A stretch of DNA of 64,000 bases from a virus (Duplodnaviria; Heunggongvirae; Uroviricota; Caudoviricetes): IMG/VR virus record IMGVR_UViG_3300032167_005013. One strand, written 5' to 3'. Below, one piece after another: positions 37,726 through 48,588 of this stretch. The position numbers were made by a program, and so were the translations under genes. The notes below the pieces were generated by a model, which saw only the letters and a program-made list of their open reading frames with translations, had not been told where the DNA came from and did not search any database. How positions within the stretch are numbered: the first letter of the stretch is position 1; each line of letters begins with the position of its first letter.

Positions 37726-38346
37726 TTACCTTTTAAATTTATTAACAGTTTCCCTGATTCGTCTTTCCTTTTCAACGAATTGGCAGACTGCCTCATACAT
37801 GAGTTTATTAATCAGCCTATCCCATTGTCCAACAAGCGGATTCTCATAATACGTTCCTGAGATATTATTTTTCTCCCATCTTATTACCATACCATCATCG
37901 GGATTGTCCCATCCTCTATCGACTCTCACGACAAGTCCTTTCTTCAGCATGAAGGTCGTGAGGTATAAAAGTTCTTCTCTCTGTTCGTATGTAAGTTGTT
38001 TATCAAAGGAGATATAGGCGTGGGTTCCTTTATTGTCTCCTTGGCAGGAGAACTTTGTTTTATATCCATGCAGGTTAAGTTCCATTATGATATCATATAT
38101 GAGTTCATCAACGGTATGTAGTTTATCCTCTTCAACAACATAGAATTTATGGGAATATCCATATTCATAGTCAAAATTATTTCGGAAGAAATCTCGCAGA
38201 TTATTATCGTTATTGATATCATATTTCTCGGCTATTTCCTTTGCGTTCTTACAGAAAACAAAGAAATCTTTCATCGTCATATCATCATGTGTTATCATAC
38301 TTTTTATCATTTGAATTGTTTTACCGCAAATATCGTGCCATATCAT
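37726..38346 (-). CDS. hypothetical protein (LNxxGYKTKFSCQG motif)
   Basis: 206 aa ORF. Confidence 0.65.
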   Translation of the reverse strand: MIWHDICGKTIQMIKSMITHDDMTMKDFFVFCKNAKEIAEKYDINNDNNLRDFFRNNFDYEYGYSHKFYVVEEDKLHTVDELIYDIIMELNLHGYKTKFSCQGDNKGTHAYISFDKQLTYEQREELLYLTTFMLKKGLVVRVDRGWDNPDDGMVIRWEKNNISGTYYENPLVGQWDRLINKLMYEAVCQFVEKERRIRETVNKFKR

Positions 38347-38602
38347 AATCCTTTTATTACCGGATTTTCGGAGATTTCAAAAAATTCGGTTGGGTATTTA
38401 TTTCCGTAGAATCTGTTCCTGTCATAGAACGTTCTTCTGATGTTGTGCGCCCTCATTTTCCAATCAATTGTATATCGTGGTGTCCACCCGCTTCTCATTC
38501 TCGTTTTTTTTAAGAAAACGGAATTTCCCATTCTTTTTATTTCTTCATATTTGATATGTGATGGTTGGAGCATATTGGGGGCATCCATTCTTCCGTATTT
38601 AT

Positions 38603-39583
38603 TCATTTCAAATAATCCCCAATATTTCTTTTTTCTATTATTTGGCAATATCCATGCATTGTTGGTTCAATGGCAGGGCCCTCCTCATAGAGGCTTCTCA
38701 TGAAACGGCTTACCTTGAACTTTACTTTCTTCCATGCTTTGTCATACATTTTCAAGAGATAATTCATTATCTGTTTATAATTTTTCTTTTCTCCTTTTAT
38801 CTTCTCCCAACACCATTCAATATCCAGTTTCAAATATTCCTTTTGCTTATCAAGTTCCTTCAGGTTTTCCCCCATGATGATGAAATTCTTATAGTCCGGA
38901 ATTTCATTCAATATCCCCATACCTGTTTCGCTATCCATAGGATGCATCCTATTATTCTTAATGCTTTGATTAAGTTGTGCAACAAAAGCGTTCACCTCAA
39001 AACCGATGCACTTATATATGATATTGGTTATATCCTCCACAGTCCAATCATTTTCTATTTTTGCTGTGGCATTCATCTGATTTGCTTTGTAATATCCCAA
39101 GCGTGTGCTCAGGTCATGAAGTCCCTCAGCACCATTCTTCAACCTGTTCCAATTCTCATAGGCATGAAGTAATTCGTGGGCAACAATTGACGGTAGATTC
39201 TTTTCAATATTTTCCCAATTGCCTCCTAAAATGAATTTTCCTTTTAATATATTTAATTTACCATTATCACCGATGACAGAAAATTTTGGATTATATCCTC
39301 CTTTAATTGTGTTTTTATTTTTTTTATTATATTGAATTTCCCAATATACTTCATTAAAAAAACAATCTTTAATTTTATTAAAAGGATTTCCTTTTATTAT
39401 AAAACTACTTGACTTAAACCCATAAAGTGTTTTATGTCTTAATTTTTTTTCAAAAACATCGACATATTTTTCAATATCACTCATTGACCCCCTTGATTCA
39501 TAAAGGTGGTCCATATTTTCTTTTTCCGACAACAAGAACTCCAACCTTATTGAATTCCTCATTTCCTCATTTAAATTTCTCAT
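38603..39583 (-). CDS. HExxH zincin-motif protein
   Basis: IVAHELLHAY; N-terminal L-x-E repeats. Confidence 0.55.
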   Translation of the reverse strand: MRNLNEEMRNSIRLEFLLSEKENMDHLYESRGSMSDIEKYVDVFEKKLRHKTLYGFKSSSFIIKGNPFNKIKDCFFNEVYWEIQYNKKNKNTIKGGYNPKFSVIGDNGKLNILKGKFILGGNWENIEKNLPSIVAHELLHAYENWNRLKNGAEGLHDLSTRLGYYKANQMNATAKIENDWTVEDITNIIYKCIGFEVNAFVAQLNQSIKNNRMHPMDSETGMGILNEIPDYKNFIIMGENLKELDKQKEYLKLDIEWCWEKIKGEKKNYKQIMNYLLKMYDKAWKKVKFKVSRFMRSLYEEGPAIEPTMHGYCQIIEKRNIGDYLK

Positions 39584-39681
39584 CTACACAATATTTTCCG
39601 TAAAGATAGTGATTTTATTTGAAATTAGCAAATGATGTTTTGGCATGGTTTTTGTAGTAAAGTAGATTAAAAACATTTATT

Positions 39682-40107
39682 ATGGAGAGATTTTACAGAG
39701 TAGAATACAATGGTGTCATATTGCGCCACGACAAATGTCAGGATGAAGAAGGATATTATGGTACATCCATTATGGTGCGTAATGATGATGACAGATGGGA
39801 AATTGACATTGACAAGCCCACATTCACAATCGGACGTTATTGCATGGGAGATGAAACCATTAGGAAGAACATTGCTGACGGGAAATTTTTCATCAATATC
39901 GAAGATGCCATTGAAAAGAGCAAGCCATTATGGGAAAAAGCATTTGGAAGTCCTGATGATTTATGGGAAGTCATTGAGATATTTGATGATGTTGAAATTA
40001 AAGTAATCAGCAAACCCATGAGCAAGAGATTGGCCAAGGAGGAAAAATCAAAATACAAGAACAGATATCTTGTACATTACGATATCAGAAAATATAAGAA
40101 CAAATAA
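39682..40107 (+). CDS. hypothetical cassette gene
   Basis: Sigma54-like box at 39638. Confidence 0.65.
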   Translation: MERFYRVEYNGVILRHDKCQDEEGYYGTSIMVRNDDDRWEIDIDKPTFTIGRYCMGDETIRKNIADGKFFINIEDAIEKSKPLWEKAFGSPDDLWEVIEIFDDVEIKVISKPMSKRLAKEEKSKYKNRYLVHYDIRKYKNK

Positions 40108-40111
40108 GAAT

Positions 40112-40648
40112 ATGGAGGACGTTTTATATATACACATTGACAGCAAGGCTGATACCAATTGTTTATCTTCTGCATATTCATCCGATTCTCATGTCCTGTA
40201 TAATCCTACCAAGGGTGAAGTGCGAAAGGCATTGAAGTCATTTACCGGCCGGAGGATTGTTCTCCTTGGTCATGGAGACATCAATGGTCTTTATAACAAG
40301 GATTGGAATGGTTATGTCATTGACAGCAGTCTTGTTCAACTCCTGCGTGGTTTTGAGATAATCGGCATTTGGTGTTATGCAACTGAATTTGCAAGGAGAT
40401 ACGGTCTCCATGGCTTTTTCACAAGCATGTTCATTTCAAATGCAGATGAAGCGACCGAACTTGGATTCGATGGATGTCTTGGTGGCGACATCGAGGATAA
40501 TCTAAGGCTATTCTGTGAAAGGGTCAGGGAACTTATTCTTACAGGCTTCCCAACATCCACATGGTATGACTATTTCATGGAACAACCTGAAATTGAGGAG
40601 CCTTATGTACGTTACAACTATGAGGCAATGGAATTTTTTGAAAATTAA
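40112..40648 (+). CDS. possible caspase/CHAT-fold peptidase-like protein
   Basis: IVLLGHG ... IIGIWC dyad-like spacing. Confidence 0.4.
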   Translation: MEDVLYIHIDSKADTNCLSSAYSSDSHVLYNPTKGEVRKALKSFTGRRIVLLGHGDINGLYNKDWNGYVIDSSLVQLLRGFEIIGIWCYATEFARRYGLHGFFTSMFISNADEATELGFDGCLGGDIEDNLRLFCERVRELILTGFPTSTWYDYFMEQPEIEEPYVRYNYEAMEFFEN

Positions 40649-41283
40649 ATGTTTTCACGTGGGATTTTAGCCCTTTTTCTTCCACTTTATTCCATTATTT
40701 TCCACGTTATAAACGTAAACGCTGTAAATGTTTGGTTTACAGCGTTTTAATTATAATATATTATATACCAAATATTTAAAGAAAAGGCATTCATAACTCT
40801 CTAAAAATAAGTGTATTAGGGAGGTGAAGAAAATTATTCTAAAAAAGGTTTATTTTGGAGGATAATTTTCTAATAATAATACATTCCCTTACCTTTTTGT
40901 ATGAAACGGTAATCTACACATGGTCTATCATTAAGTATTTTATATCTATCGGGGAACCAGTTGTGGGCGTCTTTTTTTATGTACTTAAAGAGTACTCTGC
41001 AGTTACAAGAGAAAGTGCTTGCCCAACCGCTTGGATGTATTGGTGCCTCGGTTGCCAAAGTGCATTTGGATAAGTTTGTCCTGAATCTTATTTTTCTGTT
41101 ATTATGCATATTAGAAATATGTTGGCGGTGAATTTCTCCATAGTAATTGCGTGGTCCCCCCATCTTCAAATAGTGAGTTAAGCCACTCATCATAACCACT
41201 ATGAGGGCTTTCGGGCCCTTTTACCACATGTTTATAAAACCCATTATAATTTGGGTCGAAATCATTTTTATCGTAAATCATTT

Positions 41284-41691
41284 TTAATCTCCAAACAATT
41301 CTGCGGTCCATTTTCTCCCACTGTATTCAAACCAATGGTCAGGATGGAAATACCAATTTCCGGTAAAGAGCCAATGAACGGGCCTTATGATTAAAAGAGT
41401 AATAAGCATCCAAATGAAGAAGAATGGCATTGTCAGTCTCATTATAGGTTTTGTTTTGATTTTCTCCGGTTTCCAAGAATATGCATGGAAAGGCATCCCC
41501 ATGTCTCCCCAATTACCGGTATTGTCTCCCCAATAATATCTTAGTGCTCGTTTCTGTTCATCGGAAAGATGATAGATTTCATCATCATATTCTTCAAAGA
41601 ATTTTTCAATTTCCTTGCAAACATCAAGTCCTGATAATCTTCTATATTTTTTAAAAAATAAACTCATGATTTTAATTATTTTATGTTGCAA
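41284..41691 (-). CDS. hypothetical membrane protein
   Basis: One hydrophobic segment. Confidence 0.6.
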   Translation of the reverse strand: MQHKIIKIMSLFFKKYRRLSGLDVCKEIEKFFEEYDDEIYHLSDEQKRALRYYWGDNTGNWGDMGMPFHAYSWKPEKIKTKPIMRLTMPFFFIWMLITLLIIRPVHWLFTGNWYFHPDHWFEYSGRKWTAELFGD

Positions 41692-41748
41692 ATATAGGGA
41701 AAATATATCATTAAAACAAATAAAGGAAAGGTTAACCTTTCCTTTATT

Positions 41749-42270
41749 TTAAAGAACAACAAACTGTGCAATTACCGCAGTGAATGTTGTCATGAAGGCA
41801 ATGGTTTCAAGCCAATATACCAAACAGGTTTTCAATGTTTTCGTCAACAGTGCAATCAACAAGACAAATACCGCCCACACGAGGATGAACCACCATAACT
41901 TTGCAACAAGAATCACCCACAAGAGAGCAAATACTGCAGCAAAAATAGCGCTTCCTGTATGAACACGACTTTCAAGCCCTCCGTTCTTGAATGCTGGAGC
42001 TGCTCCTGTAAACATTATGCCACTTGCAGCAAGAAATGCCGTGAACATGAACGGAGATGCTGCTGACAGTTCAAGCCATGCGGGAAGAAGCAGGAATGCC
42101 ATGCCAATCATCATCACCGGGAAAAGAAATCTTTGCCACGGTTTTCTATCATTGAAAAGATAGAACGTATTGCTCAAGGACTTCGGAACTCCGAAAAGAC
42201 TGAGGGCTGACATGTTATAGCCCCAATAAAGGCCAAATGCAGCCAATACCAAATAAATTATCCAACTCAT
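41749..42270 (-). CDS. multi-pass membrane protein
   Basis: Several hydrophobic helices; PKSLSNTFY. Confidence 0.75.
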   Translation of the reverse strand: MSWIIYLVLAAFGLYWGYNMSALSLFGVPKSLSNTFYLFNDRKPWQRFLFPVMMIGMAFLLLPAWLELSAASPFMFTAFLAASGIMFTGAAPAFKNGGLESRVHTGSAIFAAVFALLWVILVAKLWWFILVWAVFVLLIALLTKTLKTCLVYWLETIAFMTTFTAVIAQFVVL

Positions 42271-42282
42271 ATAAATTTGTTT

Positions 42283-42516
42283 TTATCGTTTATTTCTCCA
42301 ATATTCAACGGTTTCCATAACTATATTGTAGTTTTCTTCGCCAAAACGTTCAATAAATTTCTCTTTATTGCAACAAGGGCATGGAATATCTTCACCCGGA
42401 TAATATAAATTGCCGTTATCATCACAGTCATCCAGGTCAAAAAGATAGCCGTTAATACAAGTGGCATCAGGGTAATTAGCCCCGAAAAAAGGAAAATCAA
42501 TGCATGTTTCTATCAT
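42283..42516 (-). CDS. small Cys-containing protein
   Basis: FPFFGANYPDATCINGYLFDLD..PCPCC. Confidence 0.6.
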   Translation of the reverse strand: MIETCIDFPFFGANYPDATCINGYLFDLDDCDDNGNLYYPGEDIPCPCCNKEKFIERFGEENYNIVMETVEYWRNKR

Positions 42517-43126
42517 AACTCAATAACCTACAGTATTAATAATCATCGACAGCAATTCCATTGGCTTATATTTTCTTGGTTTAAGTTTAATATATGCTTC
42601 TCTTCCGGAAGAATCACTTCTAACCCATATTCCTTTTACGTTACCGGTCTTTGTGTCATCACAAAGAATATAATAACCATGAGCAATACAGTAATTAATT
42701 GCTCCTACATATCTGTTCCACCGTTGCTGTCCATCCATTTTATTCTTCGTCTCTCTTATGGTTAATATTATGGCCGTAATCATATTCAGTATTTTCCGCT
42801 TCAAGTTGTTGACGACGGTCATTTTTCTTTTTCTCAATTTCGTCTTCACTTTTCACAATGTCTCTAGAACTGAAGAAAACAATCCCTGCGAAGATAACAA
42901 GGAACACAATCATCTCAAATGTACTCATATCTTACCACAAAACACAATTTAAAACTTCATCCATTGTCTCTTTGTTGATTTCAGGAAACTCCTGCTTTAT
43001 CGTATCAACAACCTCATTCTTATACTTCTTGTCAATGAGGTCTGACCAACCTCTGTCCTGTAAAAGCCTCAACGCTTTTGAAAGTAAATCAAAATCAATC
43101 ATATTTCTATTTTTCATTATTCATCC

Positions 43127-43176
43127 GCAAATATACAAATATTATGCCAAACTAACAAAAAATATGAAAATTATTT
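43127..43176 (-). promoter_or_regulatory. Composite sigma54/housekeeping promoter repeat (also ~44412, ~47890, 51720-51769, ~59203)
   Basis: Minus strand reads TTTG-ttagttTGGCATaatatTTGTATATTTGc; 50 bp are identical to 51720-51769. Confidence 0.7.
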
Positions 43177-43242
43177 TGTTCTACGGACTTGCTTAAAGGA
43201 ACAACAGTATAATACTTACTATATAGACATATATTAAAAGTC

Positions 43243-43647
43243 GTGATGATATCCCCTTCTTCGTTTTATATGGCTATTTATAAAATAAAATCAGTGAAAT
43301 ATATCATTTCCATATTGTTTTTATTCATTCCCTTTACAGCCTTATCTCAGGAAAAGGAAGTCATTTCATATCACTTTGAATATGGCTTTGGATTATCTGA
43401 TTTTTATTCTTATCCACAACGTTTTGAACAGGATAAGATTATGCCATTTCCAATATTGGATGAATATATGGTGGGAATCAAGTTCAAGAAAAAAGAATTT
43501 GAAATCACGCCGATGATTGGAATTGTTGAACAGGAGTGGTATGACAGAAAAATGGTTTATAAACCCACTGTGGGGACTGTCATTAAAAAGAAAAACCTCC
43601 ATTTCAAAATATCGAATGGGGGTTTGTCTATTGTTATTTTATTTTAA
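43243..43647 (+). CDS. putative secreted/outer-membrane protein
   Basis: Signal-peptide-like segment, C-terminal F. Confidence 0.5.
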   Translation: MMISPSSFYMAIYKIKSVKYIISILFLFIPFTALSQEKEVISYHFEYGFGLSDFYSYPQRFEQDKIMPFPILDEYMVGIKFKKKEFEITPMIGIVEQEWYDRKMVYKPTVGTVIKKKNLHFKISNGGLSIVILF

Positions 43648-43882
43648 AAAGAGTCTGTTTTTCAAACAGACTCCTCACAAAAACATCTACTCGACTTTCT
43701 TATTACCTGCAATGGCATAGCCGATAATTGCAAATACTCCGAAAAATGCACCAAGAATTGCTCCAAGCGTGGTATCACGTCCCCTCTTCTCAGCCATGCG
43801 ATAGCATAGATAGCCCCAAAGGACAGCAAACAAAAGCGTAATTAAAAAATCCATGTCATTTTATATTTAAAAGAATTATTTT

Positions 43883-44386
43883 TTACCAATAATAGCTGCT
43901 ACTTCCAAAAAGTATAAAAGCCCAACCAAGAAGTGCCAATGAAAATAGTAGCAGGATTCCATATGCAAGGTTATTCGGATAACGGGAAATCCCCTTAGGT
44001 AGTGTAATCTTGACACCATCATCACTATCATCAGTTAGGCTCTCCCTGACTTTCAACAGCACATTTGTCTTTTCAAGCTGAGAACTCTCGATGCAAGATT
44101 CGAGTTCCTGTCGGCATGCAAGAAGATTCTGATACCAAAAGCCGATATTATCACTTTCAGTCTTATAGAAGACTGATGTATAACCATCTGTCAGATGCTC
44201 GGACTCAGCATATTTGATTGCAACATCAAGGCGTTCCATCGCAAGTTCGACAGTATTTGCATCTGCTGCCTGCTTTATGTAACCGCTGCAGTTTTTGTTA
44301 AACATAATGGAGTTGATAGCATGAACTCCAAGACCAATGATTGAAATGACGAGACACAACATGCCCCAAACTGTAGTATTCCTCAT
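43883..44386 (-). CDS. two-TM membrane protein
   Basis: Hydrophobic termini. Confidence 0.7.
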   Translation of the reverse strand: MRNTTVWGMLCLVISIIGLGVHAINSIMFNKNCSGYIKQAADANTVELAMERLDVAIKYAESEHLTDGYTSVFYKTESDNIGFWYQNLLACRQELESCIESSQLEKTNVLLKVRESLTDDSDDGVKITLPKGISRYPNNLAYGILLLFSLALLGWAFILFGSSSYYW

Positions 44387-44482
44387 ATATTTTTAATTTA
44401 AAATGTTCGATTGCAAATATACAAAAATTGTACCAAATTAACAACAATAAGATGCATTATGAGAAAAAATCCGTTTTACTTT

Positions 44483-46033
44483 TTATTCCTCATCATCAGC
44501 ATACCCCTCAAGCATGTCCCCCGTGATGACACCCTTATCCATATCCTTCTTTTCCTGTTCAAAATAGAGGTCACTCTTAATCTTGAACGCCTCCTGAATA
44601 GGGTCATTTTCAATTCTGATGACAAGTCCTTCTCTCCAAACCTTATTCTTGCAAAGAGGCTCCTTAAGGTCCATACCGAACTTCTCCGAGTCAGTCTTCA
44701 TCCTGCGAACAAAGTTCTCATGCCAATGTTCCTCAGTTGAAAGGTCGGGGTAGATATCCTTTGCAGGGCCATGATACATCAGCTGCAGAGGGAAAATCTT
44801 ATCTTCAAGGTCAGGGTAAGTCTCAATCAGCCACTTGGTATATCCAATTACATCTGTGATTTCAAAATCCTCATACTTACCGGTTGCGGAGTTGAACTCA
44901 GTCACACGATAAATCATGAGCTTGTTCTCGCCCTTCTTACAACCATAGTCATATACCTTACCACCACGGGTAATGATGCCTGTTTCTGAATTAGGTACAT
45001 ATCCAAGAATTTCTCCGTAGATAATCATTCCATGGTCAACCTTACCCTTAAGAATCTCATACCACTGTGGGTAAACTGCATCAAGGCCTGTCGGATAATT
45101 GTCACCGGTCTTACCAACCTTTGAAGTACTGCTCTTAGGAGCCTCGACATAAGCATTTCCTGAACGAATGACATTTCGTGAACTGCAGACATCCTCCCAA
45201 TCAATATCCCATGTTCTCCACTTATCAGGCATCAACATGAATGCCTTAAGTATTAACTTATTAAGGAAATTGAAACGAGTCTTTGGGAGACGTGGGGTTC
45301 TCGTCTGAATATTACCGAAGATTATTGATGTTCCGTCCAACTTAAGAGAGATATCAACGACATCCTCAGGCTTGATTTTCCAAGCATTCCTCTCAAGGCT
45401 CTGTGTGTCGTAGTGAAACTGCCACTGTCCCTCGACAATCCTGTCAATCTTGGCAATGGTCTTCTTATGTCTCTTATAATGCTTTCCCTTTCCTGCTGAG
45501 TGCTTTCTCTCCTTGATTCGAGGAACATATGGCTTTGAGAAGAGGACACCATCAACGGTATCAAATTCAGTCCCAATATAATCCTCAAGATTCAACTTCT
45601 CAACACCCGGAAATGCGAGTGCCATTGCTCTCTGAGAGAAGAGGAAACCAAATGAAGGCACTCCGCCAAGACGAATCATCTTCACACGCCCATACTTATT
45701 GAAGAATCCTACCTTCCTCTTGGCTTCGTCCTTCTTATCCTCGCTCATCAGTTTTTCAACCTCCTCGTAGTTGACATTAAGTTGTCTTTCCCCAATTTCA
45801 AAAAGGTTGTTCTTTGAAAGGAAATCTGTGTTAAGTTCTGATTCGTTTGCTGCATAGAAAAGGATATCACCCTCGTGGCATTCGTCCTTTCTGACAACCA
45901 TTGTAAAGTTCTCAACAACAGTTACTCCGATTGAATCATATCCCGGAATATCCTTAACCTCTCCAATCTTCACGATTGTGGTACAATATTCCTGCTTAAA
46001 CTTTTCTGATTTTGTAAAAATGTTCTTTGCCAT
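44483..46033 (-). CDS. ATP-dependent RNA ligase (DRB0094/Rnl2-like) with an N-terminal OB-like domain
   Basis: KLDGTS (motif I), SSRN, YGEILG (III), EGLVIR (IV), FKIKS (V). Confidence 0.85.
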   Translation of the reverse strand: MAKNIFTKSEKFKQEYCTTIVKIGEVKDIPGYDSIGVTVVENFTMVVRKDECHEGDILFYAANESELNTDFLSKNNLFEIGERQLNVNYEEVEKLMSEDKKDEAKRKVGFFNKYGRVKMIRLGGVPSFGFLFSQRAMALAFPGVEKLNLEDYIGTEFDTVDGVLFSKPYVPRIKERKHSAGKGKHYKRHKKTIAKIDRIVEGQWQFHYDTQSLERNAWKIKPEDVVDISLKLDGTSIIFGNIQTRTPRLPKTRFNFLNKLILKAFMLMPDKWRTWDIDWEDVCSSRNVIRSGNAYVEAPKSSTSKVGKTGDNYPTGLDAVYPQWYEILKGKVDHGMIIYGEILGYVPNSETGIITRGGKVYDYGCKKGENKLMIYRVTEFNSATGKYEDFEITDVIGYTKWLIETYPDLEDKIFPLQLMYHGPAKDIYPDLSTEEHWHENFVRRMKTDSEKFGMDLKEPLCKNKVWREGLVIRIENDPIQEAFKIKSDLYFEQEKKDMDKGVITGDMLEGYADDEE

Positions 46034-46653
46034 AATTTATTCTTCGTTTAAAATTTCGTAAATTCTTTCAATTTGATTTTTGGTAAGATGCTTTTTGTTA
46101 AAAGAAGTATTATACTTTTCCATTTTGCCACATTTTTTGCAGACAAAAAGATATACATAGCAATGGATATACTCAGTTCTTGCTACTGTTTCCCATTCGT
46201 GTTTACAACCCCATTTTTCAAATATTTGCTTTATTAAATTTCTCATATGCTTTTTTTACAACCGCAACTACAACAAACCGAATATGACTCTGAACTAATT
46301 ATTGATGCTCCGCATGATGCAATAGCCCCAAAAATTCTCCAACCACCTTCAAGCCCCCAAAAATCTTCAGTAGTGACTTTATGTGTTGTTTCAGCCCTAC
46401 ATTTATCACAATATGTTTTTATATATTTTGCCATATTTTAATAAGTTCTCTTTAAACATAATGTCATATAATGTGTTGGACCATTCCAGTAATGTTCCCT
46501 TTCAACAACTTCCCAATATCTATTAAAATCATCTTTAATAGCATCTCCTTTAAGTGGTATATCCATTGGAGAAACATCCATACCGGATTTCCCAAATGTG
46601 CCAATATCTATTATACTTAAATTATCAATATCTTTAAAGTATACTGTCATGAT

Positions 46654-47190
46654 TTATTTCTTAAATGTTTTACATAAATCTTTAATCAAACCTTCAGTAT
46701 CAAATGTTATGGAACACATGCCTGAGTACATAACACTTATATATTTAGTCATATCACATTCCCTTAACCATTTAATAATATCATCAGTTTTAGGAGACTT
46801 CTTTTCCAAGACAATCTTCTGAGCATTGATTACATTGCCGTTCTCGTCTTTGAATTGGTAGCCATCGGGAAGGTTAAACTCATTAACCCATCTACTTGAA
46901 AAGTTATCAACTAATCCTACTTCCTCTTCAACAAAATCCGTAGTTGGGGGTGATGGTGTTTTTTCACAAAGTTCATCTTCATATTCCTCAAGAGTGTAGA
47001 TTTTATAACCGAGTTTCATCAAGCCAAGTATATCCCAATCATTAGCAATACAATTACCATAATTCTTTTCAATGGCAATAATACCTTTACTCCCGTCAAG
47101 ATTATACTTATTTACTCCACCCATGTTTTCAAGAATCTTGATGATTTCCTGTCCTCGCGTTTCATGAGGCTTAAATGCTATTTTGTCCAT
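46654..47190 (-). CDS. hypothetical protein
   Basis: 178 aa ORF. Confidence 0.65.
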   Translation of the reverse strand: MDKIAFKPHETRGQEIIKILENMGGVNKYNLDGSKGIIAIEKNYGNCIANDWDILGLMKLGYKIYTLEEYEDELCEKTPSPPTTDFVEEEVGLVDNFSSRWVNEFNLPDGYQFKDENGNVINAQKIVLEKKSPKTDDIIKWLRECDMTKYISVMYSGMCSITFDTEGLIKDLCKTFKK

Positions 47191-47197
47191 ATTGTTC

Positions 47198-47611
47198 TTA
47201 ATTTATGTAAGTCCCTTTTGAATAACCGTTTTTTATGATTGCCGCTCTATTTTCTAATTTCTTGTCTAATTCCTTTCGGCTCTCATTTGCCTTCTTCATC
47301 ATTTCCTCATTATGTTTCAAACATTTATCAAGTGTGTTGAAAGATTCCAAGGCATTGGTAACATAATCAATATGATATGATTTAATTTCTGTTGTTCTAT
47401 ACGTAAGGCCGCTTTCAAGTTCAGTTCTAAGTCCCAATATAGGATGCCATTTCCATCCATTATTATCTGTATATTCGATATAACAATACATTGTAGACCA
47501 CCAGAAATACTTGACTCTTATCATAAAAATTGGCCTAATATGGAGAATATCCTCCTTAATGAATTTAATTAATCGTTTCATGGTACTAAATAATCTACAG
47601 TTACCTTCCAA
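47198..47611 (-). CDS. hypothetical protein, similar to the tail fused onto the TonB ORF
   Basis: EYTDNNGWKW..FNTLDKCLKHN. Confidence 0.6.
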   Translation of the reverse strand: MEGNCRLFSTMKRLIKFIKEDILHIRPIFMIRVKYFWWSTMYCYIEYTDNNGWKWHPILGLRTELESGLTYRTTEIKSYHIDYVTNALESFNTLDKCLKHNEEMMKKANESRKELDKKLENRAAIIKNGYSKGTYIN

Positions 47612-48161
47612 GTTCCATTTGGTGTATATATATAATCTCTAATTTCATCATTCATTGTGTCTAACAGTTCATCCCCGATATCAGCCAATTCTGATTTCGA
47701 ACAACGGATAAACTCCAATCCGGAGCCACCACCACTGTCAATGACAATGGGATGAACTCCTTCTTTTTTAAGTTCTAAAAGCAATGAAATAATTTTGTCG
47801 CATTTATGTTCCTGTTTCTCAGTAAGAGGTTTCAACGTTTTAAAAGTGTTATCCATAATCAAAGCGTATATCGTTCCCTTTTGTTATTTGCAAATATACA
47901 AAAATTATGCCAAACTACAAAATAATTTTTTCAATATTAAGAATCTGTTCAAAATCAAAATAAAGGAATTTAGTTGAACTTGGTCCGTCGTCACCATAAG
48001 TACAAATATCAAGACTATTATCACCACGATGATATCCCAATGCCCCCTCGAATGTAATTGTCTTAGGTATTCGTTCAAATATTGTCTTCCTATAATTTGG
48101 ATTAAACACTTCAATTTTTACTATATCGTTCCAAAGAATTCTTTTGTTTTCTAATATTTTT

Positions 48162-48554
48162 TCAAATGTTTCTCTCGTCATATTTTATAATTCTTGTTGG
48201 TAAATTCTTTTCTTTCGCAATATCAATCATATGTTTCGTCCCACGACTTTCGCCATCCCAAAATGCAATCAGTGCATCGGCATTCTCAGCCATTTCAAGA
48301 TTTCGTTTATATCCTGCGGACTTTCCATGCTTCTCCCAATCTGCAGGAAATTCCATGATGTTCAAACCATTTTCATTGGCATATTTCTCTCCAAGGAAAT
48401 CGGCCCCACGTGCTTTTCCTGAAACAATATATATCTGATGTGTTTTTCGTTTCTCGGATATGAGATTATTAACCTTTTCTTTAAGAAGATTATAATCATT
48501 AAAATCCCTTCCTCCTGCGATGATTATTCTGAATATTGGCTTTTTAATTCCCAT
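48162..48554 (-). CDS. SLOG-family protein (DUF2493/YspA-like)
   Basis: IIAGGRDF, VSGKARGAD, PADWEKHGKSAGYKRN, AFWDGESRGT. Confidence 0.85.
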   Translation of the reverse strand: MGIKKPIFRIIIAGGRDFNDYNLLKEKVNNLISEKRKTHQIYIVSGKARGADFLGEKYANENGLNIMEFPADWEKHGKSAGYKRNLEMAENADALIAFWDGESRGTKHMIDIAKEKNLPTRIIKYDERNI

Positions 48555-48588
48555 ATCTCAACTATATTTTTGTATAAAAATACAAATT

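Noticed and set aside
40630-40646. parS-like tgttttcacgtggga
   Set aside because: A single copy with a broken right arm.
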